Source of the DNA: Macrostomum hystrix
Taxonomy: Eukaryota > Animalia > Platyhelminthes
DNA: 64,000 nt
Direction: 5' to 3'
NCBI GenBank assembly: GCA_950097015.1
Contig: CATNEN010000039.1
Location: 8,060,001-8,124,000 of the forward strand
Shown: one piece after another, positions 1 through 10,117 of the stretch
How the letters are laid out: every line of letters starts with the position of its first letter
Position numbering within the stretch: the stretch's first letter is position 1
Position numbers and translations under genes: made by a program
Notes under the pieces: generated by a model
Told to the model about the DNA's origin: nothing
What the model saw: the letters and a program-made list of their open reading frames with translations, nothing else
Databases searched by the model: none

Positions 1-1115
1 GTCAGTCAGGCAGATCATCAGCTCAGTCAGTCAGTCAGTCAGATCATCAGCTCAGTCAGTCAGTCAGTCAGATCATCAGCTCAGTCAGTCAGTCAGGCAG
101 ATCATCAGCTCAGACAGTCAGTCAGGCAGATCTTCAGCTCAGTCAGTCAGGCAGATCATCAGCTCAGACAGTCAGTCAGGCAGATCATCAGCTCAGACAG
201 TCAGTCAGGCAGATCATCAGCTCAGTCAGTCAGGCAGATCATCAGCTCAGACAGTCAGTCAGGCAGATCATCAGCTCAGACAGTCAGTCAGGCAGATCAT
301 CAGCTCAGTCAGTCAGTCAGGCAGATCATCAGCTCAGTCAGTCAGTCAGGCAGATCATCAGCTCAGACAGTCAGTCAGGCAGATCATCAGCTCAGACAGT
401 CAGTCAGGCAGATCATCAGCTCAGACAGTCAGTCAGGCAGATCATCAGCTCAGACAGTCAGTCAGGCAGATCATCAGCTCAGTCAGTCAGGCAGATCATC
501 AGCTCAGACAGTCAGTCAGGCAGATCATCAGCTCAGACAGTCATTCAGGCAGATCATCAGCTCAGACAGACAGTCAGGCAGATCATCAGCTCAGACAGTC
601 AGGCAGATCATCAGCTCAGACAGTCAGTCAGGCAGATCATCAGCTCAGACAGACAGTCAGGCAGATCATCAGCTCAGACAGTCAGTCAGGCAGATCATCA
701 GCTCAGACAGACAGTCAGGCAGATCATCAGCTCAGACAGTCAGTCAGGCAGATCATCAGCTCAGACAGACAGTCAGGCAGATCATCAGCTCAGTCAGTCA
801 GGCAGATCATCAGCTCAGTCAGTCAGTCAGGCAGATCATCAGCTCAGACAGTCAGTCAGGCAGATCATCAGCTCAGACAGTCAGTCAGGCAGATCATCAG
901 CTCAGTCAGTCAGGCAGATCATCAGCTCAGTCAGTCAGTCAGGCAGATCATCAGCTCAGACAGTCAGTCAGGCAGATCATCAGCTCAGACAGTCAGTCAG
1001 GCAGATCATCAGCTCAGACAGTCAGTCAGGCAGATCATCAGCTCAGACAGTCAGTCAGGCAGATCATCAGCTCAGACAGTCAGTCAGGCAGATCATCAGC
1101 TCAGACAGTCAGTCA
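1..1115. repeat. Intronic minisatellite, 25-29 bp unit (GTCA)nGGCAGATCATCAGCTCAGACA
   Basis: Directly visible tandem array; runs off the window start. Confidence 0.97.
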
Positions 1116-1149
1116 ATGAACAGAAGCCTATCTCGCAATTGTGTTGCAG

Positions 1150-4100
1150 CTTCGAGCATCCCGTGAACCAGACGGTGGCCAAGAAGGTCATCGACCAGGC
1201 TCAGGCAACTTCCGGCATCACAGCCGGTGCAGAAACTTGGCGCAGTGAGTCATTTTGTTAGAGAACAAATCATATAAGAGTTTGAAATATTTTTACTCGT
1301 AAACTGTGCCATAATATTCAAACTTATGAGAGAATATTTAGCTTTGCTCTTACTGAAATAAGAATCTAAATGCTTATTGATACTCAGAAATCAGTGTGAT
1401 TAGTTTTTTCGCTTTTTACATTACTTGTTCTACTAAGTAAGCTCAGTAGCCAGATGCTCATCTCAGCAGAATGGTATGCAATTAAGTGATAAAATAGCGT
1501 TGCAGAGGTTTACAGAGAACAATGGGTGAAAGTGTTTGCAAGTCTGCCAGTTGAACAAAAGCACTATTGAGCCGGTTCAAGGGTCTATGTATAATTCCTT
1601 GTTTGTATTTATTGTCCTGTAATTTTTTGTTAAACTCTAAAGTTGTTCCGCAGTTCTCCCAACTAAAGCTTCTGTTTATATTCAAGCTCATTATTTATCT
1701 ATTGATTGAGGGGGGGCAGACTTAATTTCAAAAATGCGCCTTATAGGCGCCAACAATTTTCAATTCTATGCATTAATCAGCCAAATCAATTTAGCGAATC
1801 AATTATCTTGTTTTGGTCCATAAAATTATGAACAGAGGTCGCAATATTGCAAGTCCTTTGGACAATAATAAACATGTCGAATTTTGATTGGGCTACTGCT
1901 ACTACTGCTAGTAGAAATGAAAGGTTTAACGCTACGAAGAAAAACGGGTCGCATCGAGTAGTTGAACTGTTAATAATACATTTTTCCAGCCGTGCTGGGA
2001 TCTGTCTACGCGCAGTACAGACAGCCAGTGCTGTCCAATCGTAGAAATGTGGCCAAGTTTTACAGGCGCACAATGGTAAGTGTCTTGCTCGACTGCAACT
2101 TCTGGTCGGACGGAAAATTTGTGTTTAATTTTAATTGTCCTTTTGCACTTTAGTTGGCCCCACATCCTAATTGAGTAGATGTTGCTGAGTCTAAGCTGGG
2201 ACTCTAAGATGTAGACTTCTGCCAATGCTATGTATTATAGCCAGATTGTTTGTAAGGAATTCATTAAATGGAACTTGATGACAATTCCTATCATAATATA
2301 TTCCTAGCTGTATGCCTACATGAGTTCCGCAACATGCAGCAGGCTAGCCTGCGGGCCAGGCCTATTTGGCGAAAGAGTAACAGACAGAAGGCTGTGAGTT
2401 AGCTGCATGTGTGACCTCTTGTTGCTGTGTGTATACTTGTAGTTACTGTTCGTTACTGTCCCAGGTGACAGACAGTATTTTATATGATATGGCTGTCCCA
2501 GGTGACAGACAGTATTTGATATGCTATACCTGTCCCAGGTGACAGACAGTGTTTTATATGCTATACCTGTCCCAGGTGACAGACAGTATTTTATATGATA
2601 TGGCTGTCCCAGGTGACAGACAGTATTCGATATGCTATACCTGTCCCAGGTGACACAGGTATTTGATATGCTATTCCTGTCCCAGGTGACAGACATTATT
2701 TGATATGATATTAGCTGTCCCAGGTGACAGACAGTATTTGATATGCTATACCTGTCCCAGGTGACAGACAGTATTTGATATGCTATACCTGTCCCAGGTG
2801 ACAGACAGTATTTGATATGCTATACCTGTCCCAGGTGACAGACAGTATTTGATATGATATGGCTGTCCCAGGTGACAGACAGTATTTTATATGCTGTACC
2901 TGTCCCAGGTGACAGACAGTATTTGATATGATATGGCTGTCCCAGGTGACAGACAGTATTTGATATGATATAGCTGTCCCAGGTGACAGACAGTATTTGA
3001 TATGATATAGCTGTCCCAGGTGACAGACAGTATTTGATATGCTATACCTGTCCCAGGTGACAGACAGTATTTGATATGATATAGCTGTCCCAGGTGACAG
3101 ACAGTATTTGATATGCTATACCTGTCCCAGGTGACACAGGTATTTGATATGCTATTCCTGTCCCAGGTGACAGGCAGTATTTGATATGCTATACCTGTCC
3201 CAGGTGACAGACAGTATTTGATATGCTATACCTGTCCCAGGTGACAGACAGTATTTGATATGATATTAGCTGTCCCAGGTGACAGACAGTATTTGATATG
3301 ATATAGCTGTCTCAGGTGACAGACAGTATTTGATATGCTATACCTGTCCCAGGTGACAGGCAGTATTTGATATGCTATACCTGTCCCAGGTGACAGACAG
3401 TATTTGATATGCTATACCTGTCCCAGGTGACAGACAGTATTTGATATGCTATACCTGTCCCAGGTGACAGGCAGTATTTGATATGCTATTCCTGTCCCAG
3501 GTGACAGACAGTATTTGATATGCTATACCTGTCCTTGGTGACAGGCAGTATTTGATATGATATACCTGTCCCAGTTGACAGACAGTATTTCATACAATTT
3601 TATCCGCTTAGTTGACTATGGCTTAAAATTAAATGTTATATTATAGATGTTTTTGTAACCTCTTCAACGCATATTATTATGTATTGTAAAGTTTTACTCT
3701 GTCAATTAGCCTTGTTATTTTTCCTCACCTGTCCACAATTAAGGCGTTTTACTGAAGTGGTTTGTGGCCCAAAGTATTAGCATGGAGAGACACAGGAAAA
3801 GTGCCAAACGGTCCAAGCGTTGGAAGACAGTAAGGATAGAGTATGTATGCCAAATTAAATTAACAATAAATCAAACACGTTAATACCTCGCGGTTTCACT
3901 GTGTGAGCCTCTACAACGCAATTTTAGTTATCTGGGCAATAAATTAAGCTGACAGGTTTGAAAACTAATTAACTGCCTTTATTCTCACAGAACGGCTAAC
4001 AACTTGGTTCAATTCGCAGAGCACTATAATGATTAGAAATCGTAAAAGTGCCAAAAAGTCGTCCCGTTTGCGAAATGTGAGCTCTTGCCTACTGAAAGTA

Positions 4101-6915
4101 GCGTTGTTCGCGTTTTCTCTTAAAATGCTGCAATAAAAATCGGCTGACACTGCGGAACCTCTTGCTAGTGAACTTTGATTTGTGTAGCAGATTCGTTCCA
4201 ATAAAAAGAATAATAATAATAACTCACCCAGGCAGCCTTCTCACCTGGTTCACGGCTGAGGGACTTAACATTATAAAGCATCGGAAGAGTGCCAAGAAGT
4301 CATTTAGATGGAAGTCTGTAAGCCCGCAATCTGCAAAGTAGACCTCTGTAACCTAATCATATTTTGTTTCGGGCGAGTTTTAACAGTAACAAATGGCTTA
4401 AAAATATTGTCTCTCAATTATAAATGTTTGTACTTTTAGCCTCTGTTGAGTACTTTTTCATCCGGTTGAGCAATGTGATAATGTCGAATCGGCGCAGCGC
4501 CAAGAAATTTAATCGAATGCGCATGGTTAGTATCTATGCTACTGCTGTAAGTAGTAGCATTAATTTTGGCGATGCTCATTTCCGGTAATGTTCTCTAACA
4601 AAGACCTCTGTAACTAAATGAACTTAGTGTGACAAGTATTTTCTACAAACCTACTAGCTGAATATGTTTGTTGCACTTTTAGCCTATGTGGAGTGCTTTT
4701 ACAGGCGATTGGCTCATATAATCCTGTACAATCGCCGAACAGCCAGAAAGTCGGCCCGCCTACGCATGGTTAGTTTCAGCTTGGGCCTTAATGTATATAA
4801 GATATGCTTGGTGGTCTTTGTTGCAGTTTTATGAAAAGAAAACATTTTTCTACTCTGTCAATCTCTGCCAAATTCGATTAGCCCTAGTCTAGAAGAAGAA
4901 TTTTTTTATGAATTTCCTGATAAAAAAACTAAATTAAGCAACTCGCGACAACATGAAACTTGCATTCGACCTGGAAAAGAAGTCAGTGCTGGATAGTAGA
5001 AAGCGGGCTGGTCGATCTAATCGGATGAAGTCGGTAAATATTGTGCCATCTTAAATACGAATTTTAGAAGCGATGCTTCACTCCAGTGTACATTCTTCCT
5101 TCCCGGACTGCCCTCCACGTACACCACACTGGCTCCTGTGCTAACCCCTATCCCCTCACACCCCAGTGTACATTCTTCCTTCCCCGACACAAAACAGCCA
5201 AACCCCTATCCCCTCACACCCCAGTGTACATTCTTCCTTCCCCGACACAAAACAGCCAAACCCCTATCCCCTCACACCCCAGTGTACATTCTTCCTTCCC
5301 CGACACAAAACAGCCAAACCCCTATCCCCTCACCCCAGTGTACATTCTTCCTTCCCCGACACAAAACAGCCAAACCCCTATCCCCTCACACCCCAGTGTA
5401 CATTCTTCCTTCCCCGACACAAAACAGCCAAACCCCTATCCCCTCACACCCCAGTGTACATTCTTCCTTCCTCGACACAAAACAGCCAAACCCCTATCCC
5501 CTCACACCCCAGTGTACATTCTTCCTTCCCCGACACAAAACAGCCAAAACCCTATCCCCTCACACCCCAGTGTACATTATTACTTCCCGGCATCATTATT
5601 TTAACTCTTGTTTGCCCTGTTCGCTGCAACAATTTTTTCCAGCTATTTTGTTTGCGGTCAGAGTTGTTTATATTAGTTTGGGATTTTTAGTAAAACAAGC
5701 CGATCTTGCAAACATTATTTCTAATGGAAACTTACGAGAAACTCGTATCTTTAGGAAATGATATCAAATTTTCATGTTCGAAATTCAACTCTTCCAGTTA
5801 CCATTGGCAAATACTTTTCTCACGAACTGAAATGGATCCTTGTGCGCAGAAAGTCTGCAGCCAAGAGTTCCAGATTGAAACGGGTAAGATTCAATAGATC
5901 AATGCCGCTTTTCAGCAAAGCAAATCGGATTCCACCGACTTTAGCAAAAATGGTTTTGGTTCGTTGAGTTCCTGATTCATTGAAATCCTGGATCTTTGAA
6001 TTCTTGATTCCCTGAAGTACAAATTCATTGAAATCCCAATTCATCGAAATCCCAATTCCATAACATCCCAATTTATCGAAATCCCAATTCCTTAAATTCC
6101 CAATTCATCGAACTACCAATCGAAATCCAAATCATTAAAATCCCCAGTCCTTAAAATCCCAATTCATCGAAATCCCAATTCCTTAAAATCCCAATTCATC
6201 AAAATCCCAATTCCATAAAATCCCAATTTATCGAAATCCCAATTCCTTAAAATCCCAATTCATCGAAATCCCAATTCCTTAAAATCCCAATTCATCAAAA
6301 TCCCAATTCCATAAAATCCCAATTCATTGAAATTTCTATTCCCAACCTCCCGGCTTTTTTATTGCCTAAACCAACGAACCAGTAACCGGAAACCAATAGA
6401 TGGACCGCTGAAACACCACGTCGAAGCTAGTTCTTTTTTGTGCATTAAAAATAAAATTTAATTCGCTATTTCAACGAATATTTAGAAACATTTCCTGAAT
6501 TTGGCACTGCAGTAGTATGCGTCGAGTGTTTCTAGACCGTAAACAACGAGAGTTTTTTCAATAAAATATCCATCTCAAACAGAAGCTCAGCCGGCGTCAG
6601 AAGGCTTTCGAGACTCTGTTGCCGAATCTGTCGCCGGACGATCTTGAGCAGTATCGCATTGTGCTAACCAGAGATTTGACCTCGTCAGACGAGGAGGAAG
6701 AGGACGAGACCCTCCGAGTCCGCTGCCTGGCCTGGGAGTCGGCCCGGGTGCGAGACATCAAGCGCAACCTGGACGAAGCTTTCATGCGGCGATTCGCCAC
6801 CGTCAAACAGCGGGCCCAGCTAAGCAAGTGCGTCCGCGACGACTCCGTTAGAAGTCAACGACCCATTCCGCCTGGCACGCCTGAGTGGGTCATTGGGTCG
6901 GCCTTTCTGCCCTGA
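1150..6915 (+). CDS. 3' part of a C14orf93-like gene: constitutive exon 1150-1244, one of nine alternative exons, terminal exon 6583-6915 (5' end lies upstream of the window)
   Basis: Exon 1150-1244 (ttgcag|...|gtgagt) reads FEHPVNQTVAKKVIDQAQATSGITAGAETWR and ends in phase 1. Exon 6583-6915 (aaacag|AAG, phase 0) reads KLSRRQKAF...LTSSDEEEE...RVRCLAWES...LD...SQRPIPPGTPEW*. The motif layout resembles the C-terminal domain of C14orf93 as recalled from memory, not searched. Confidence 0.75.
1251..1473 (+). promoter_or_regulatory. Putative LCR-like intronic RNA structure (basal stem plus internal hairpins)
   Basis: CATTTTGTTAGAGA (1251-1264) pairs with TCTCAGCAGAATG (1461-1473). Internal stems at 1271-1291/1313-1328 and TTACTT/AAGTAA (1421-1440). 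Confidence 0.55.
1494..1521 (+). promoter_or_regulatory. Putative splicing docking site ATAGCGTTGCAGAGGTTTACAGAGAACA
   Basis: Its reverse complement recurs, with G-U-compatible changes, ~65-85 nt upstream of cassettes B-H and weakly upstream of cassette I. Confidence 0.75.
1990..2075 (+). CDS. Alternative cassette exon A (86 nt): (T)VLGSVYAQYRQPVLSNRRNVAKFYRRTM
   Basis: ttccag|...|gtaagt; phase 1 to phase 0; open frame. Confidence 0.85.
2308..2393 (+). CDS. Alternative cassette exon B (86 nt): (T)VCLHEFRNMQQASLRARPIWRKSNRQKA
   Basis: tcctag|...|gtgagt; phase 1 to 0; open frame; selector at 2210-2231. Confidence 0.82.
2456..3593. repeat. 37-bp minisatellite CTGTCCCAGGTGACAGACAGTATTTGATATGCTATAC
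   Basis: About 30 tandem copies between cassettes B and C. Confidence 0.97.
3744..3829 (+). CDS. Alternative cassette exon C (86 nt): (S)VLLKWFVAQSISMERHRKSAKRSKRWKT
   Basis: attaag|...|gtaagg; open frame; selector at 3654-3670. Confidence 0.85.
3991..4076 (+). CDS. Alternative cassette exon D (86 nt): (K)RLTTWFNSQSTIMIRNRKSAKKSSRLRN
   Basis: tcacag|...|gtgagc; open frame; selector at 3902-3926. Confidence 0.88.
4232..4317 (+). CDS. Alternative cassette exon E (86 nt): (S)SLLTWFTAEGLNIIKHRKSAKKSFRWKS
   Basis: acccag|...|gtaagc; open frame; selector at about 4154-4165. Confidence 0.88.
4440..4525 (+). CDS. Alternative cassette exon F (86 nt): (T)SVEYFFIRLSNVIMSNRRSAKKFNRMRM
   Basis: ttttag|...|gttagt; open frame; selector at 4338-4355. 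Confidence 0.88.
4683..4768 (+). CDS. Alternative cassette exon G (86 nt): (T)YVECFYRRLAHIILYNRRTARKSARLRM
   Basis: ttttag|...|gttagt; open frame; clear paralogue of F; selector at 4589-4614. Confidence 0.88.
4939..5033 (+). CDS. Alternative cassette exon H (95 nt): (T)TRDNMKLAFDLEKKSVLDSRKRAGRSNRMKS
   Basis: attaag|...|gtaaat; same phases as the other cassettes but 3 codons longer; selector at 4853-4868. Confidence 0.72.
5082..5580. repeat. 58-bp minisatellite (CCCCAGTGTACATTCTTCCTTCCCCGACACAAAACAGCC...)
   Basis: About 8 tandem copies; source of the three overlapping repetitive ORFs at 5086-5761. Confidence 0.95.
5798..5883 (+). CDS. Alternative cassette exon I (86 nt): (I)TIGKYFSHELKWILVRRKSAAKSSRLKR
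   Basis: ttccag|...|gtaaga; open frame. Confidence 0.87.
5970..6345. repeat. Degenerate AAATCCCAATTC-type tandem repeat
   Basis: Visible tandem array in the last intron. Confidence 0.9.
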
Positions 6916-9365
6916 CCTAATCATTCACTCGGGTTATTGTTATGGTTTGATCTTGCAGATCTATCGGAAGTAGGAAGAATCAATGCCTGTGGGTCTTTGT
7001 ACAACATCTGTCATATATTTAGCAATGTCACCAAATCTCAATCAAAACTGCAATGTAATTACTCTGACTTTAATCGTCTCTCAAATCCTTATCAATCTCC
7101 CAAATCCTTACCCATCTTCTCAAATGATTATCCTTCTCCCATAATCCTTGTCCATCTCCCAAGATCCTGTGTTAGGTAAATAAATTTTGTGATGAATATG
7201 TATATGCCAGCCTAACACAAGTTTACATAAGTTCAATCTAGCTCATTGTTCAACAACGTTATGTACTTTTGCTCTTTAAAGTGAATCACATTGAGACTAT
7301 TTTTCATAAGTACGAGTTTACTTTGACTTCATGCATGACTCACTTTGTAGCCTGTCAACTGGCGTTTTGCAATTGTTCTTTCTGCTGCATTTTATACTAA
7401 AAGTACTTTCTTAGCATTCGTGTTTTTATAAATGTTACCATGCTTACGGTCCATTAACCAATGTACTTCTGAGCTTGCACCTGCTCTCTCGTTCTGCATC
7501 TCTCCTATTCTCTCCCATTTAATTATTTAGTTTCAATGATATACGAGCTAAAATTAATTTGACTGGAAATCTATGCTAAATAAACATTGACATCGTTGTT
7601 CAGTTTGGTTTTAACATGCTTGCGTGTAATTGTTTTACATATTTGTTATTTGTGTGTTACTATCCGCAGCCAGAATTTATCGCCTATATAAGCGTAGGCA
7701 TGATTTTCGAAACTAAAAATACACAGTTTAATACTAGCTGACTTGTATTTGTCTTTATTAATGACAGCTTAAATTAGCAGTGCAAAATTATCATTGATAA
7801 TCAATCATGCTAGTGTTTGTTTCTACATTTAATTTTTACGTTATGACTATCCGTTCAATATTGGATTTAGTTCATATCGGTATCCTAATAACGTATTAAT
7901 ACTTACAATCGTAATATACGTGAACGATAGTTGTGAATAAATGCTTTAAAATGTTTGCCAGATGGCTAAACTAAATTTAGTATAATAGACTAGCAATTTG
8001 AACCCCCTCAATTTTTCTTTTAATTCTCGACATTTTCTGCGGTCTAAGCGTCTGTATCCACTTGTTTTGTTTGGGACTTGTCGACCCCAGATACAAATTG
8101 AACAGCAAATTTATCTGGGGTTAAAAGATTCATTTAATTGAGGAAGTGCCCCAGTCTACGGACTGAACAGCAGCTGTATGCAGCGCTATAGCTGCCACTG
8201 TCCGGCCCAACTGGCTAGGTGTACTTGCTATTACCTATATTCTCTTTCATCAACCATATTTCCGATCCCAATACCTATTCCTAGCCATTAAACGTACAGG
8301 AAAAACTATATTATAAATCATATTTGGGAAATTGATTTGTAAGTGGAAATGATTAAGGTATATTGAACTGATATTTAAAATTATCCATATCAATCAAAGC
8401 ACAGGTACATATTCATAAATTCATCATACGTTGGTGCCAAATTTTGCTATTTTATCGGGTTATCTACCAATAATGTAAACCAATGAGCAAATCTTTACGA
8501 CGGTATTACAAATCAAACAAAGTCCAACCTCGTGACGAAACAATCCGACGACAGGGGCGTTCAATCAAAATCACATTTTGCAGGTTGCGGCACGCAAATG
8601 TACGAATTTTCCACTATCGCTGGCCTAGAGTTATTGAATATTTGATTGATTTGCCATAAAATGCATCGACTGACTGACTCAGGTGGAGAAATTGTGGTGT
8701 ATTAAGATATCTAACCCCCGCGCAATTGTCTTATTTTGGCCATCAGCTCCCGCAGCTGATCAGTTATTCGGAATCAATTTTCATTGCCTGACTAAAGAAT
8801 GGCAGCTGAGACCCGATCAGCATCAGGACCGACTGGGGAATTTGAAGAAAATAACGACCAAAAATGAGCGATAGCGACATTATTTGCTGCGGGTGGAGGG
8901 CACGCCAAGTGTCTGCAAAACCAAACGGGCCTCATTAGCAATTTATCAGCAATTGGAGATGGCATGACATCAGCCTGGTAGCTGCCTGATTATGCCATTT
9001 TCAACGCAAGGCCGAATGGCGCAAGTGATAACCGTACGTCCTTCTCAAAATCGCGTGACGATTCGCCCAGCCTCCAAAGTCTTGGCCCCGTCATCAGAGC
9101 AAACCTGCGCCAGCTCCATGTAGCTTGATCTGCTCGCGACTAGACCCGACTCCTTGCTGTCGAATTGAGATATTTTAATGCGTGGCCCCATCAACCCAGC
9201 CGCGGATCGCTTCTTTGGGATTTAGGGATTTGGTGCTCCTGGGATCTGGGCTCAATATAAATAAGAGAATAGGCGGGTCGCCAAATCCGCCGCATCGCTC
9301 GCCTAAGAAGCAGCTCTCCAAGCAGCCACTCGCCAAAGCCAGTTTCTCACCGATTAGCCGCAAAG

Positions 9366-10117
9366 ATGCGCTTTGGTCTCATCGGTCTCCTGATGTGCGC
9401 TCTGCTGGTGCTGATGCAGTGCGCCTATGCCCAGCAGTTCCACTTTAGCCACGGTAAGTCATCGACTGTCTTCGCTGTGATTCGCGTAGTCTGTATAAAA
9501 CAGTTAAATTGTTTCTAAAGTCAGTTGCTCACTCGATCGAACACATCTTTCATCATTTCAGGCGTTAACGGTAAGGACGTATTGAAGAAGTTCGAAATGG
9601 TGTCTTATATCAACAATTAATTATAATGCTTTTCCAATTCTTAGTTAGCTTTTCATTCAGCTTAAGCTTTACGATCGTAATAATAATTGCTGACTTTGCC
9701 AATTTTTACTGCACTCCATTAGCTAATTCACGGCGCTAACAACTGAATGGATTTGTACTCATGGAGCCATAGACACTAAACCCCGAATCCTGATCCCGCT
9801 GCAGGCTGGAAACCGGGCAAGCGTGGACTCTCCGAGGAGGCCCATGCCGGCCACCAGATCTTCCGGCTGAAGAAGGGCTACCACTTCTTCCGCCTGAAGA
9901 AGGATCAGGAGTGCATCATCGGCGAGGAGGCCAAGACTCTGCTAGCCGAAATTTTGGTGAGCCTACCACGTGTGCTGATCAACGCGGTGGCGAAATGATT
10001 ACACTGCGATGCATTTTCAACCACCAACCGCCCCGACAACTGCAGAAATCCGCCCAGAGTGGCGCATTGTGCCCGGCCGACCGGCAGGTGATCGCCGCGT
10101 TCGTGCAGAACCTTTGA
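9366..10117 (+). CDS. GnRH/corazonin-like neuropeptide precursor; exons 9366-9453, (9562-9570), 9805-9956, 10046-10117
   Basis: Signal peptide MRFGLIGLLMCALLVLMQCAYA, then QQFHFSHGWKPG-KR (resembles lophotrochozoan pQNYHFSNGWHPG-amide), then ...HQIFRL-KK-GYHFFRL-KK, and a C-terminal peptide with two Cys. Splice phases are consistent. TATA-like TATAAATA near 9257. Confidence 0.9.

Noticed and set aside
1838-1923. 86-nt AG...GT segment
   Set aside because: Weak splice sites and several stops; probably chance.
2154-2240. Possible additional cassette after the acceptor ttgcactttag (similar to the F/G acceptors)
   Set aside because: In-frame stops, no GT donor at 86 nt, and it overlaps selector B. 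At best a decayed copy.
2456-3593. CRISPR-like regular repeat
   Set aside because: No unique spacers, eukaryotic intron, no cas genes. The same applies to all other arrays.
5643-5728. Open 86-nt frame after ttttttccag
   Set aside because: No GT/GC donor at the expected position and no basic motif.
5086-5761. Long repetitive ORFs (also 26502, 30261, 47655, 50669-52947, 56501-57398, 61506-63058)
   Set aside because: Translations of non-coding tandem repeats, often open in several frames or strands.
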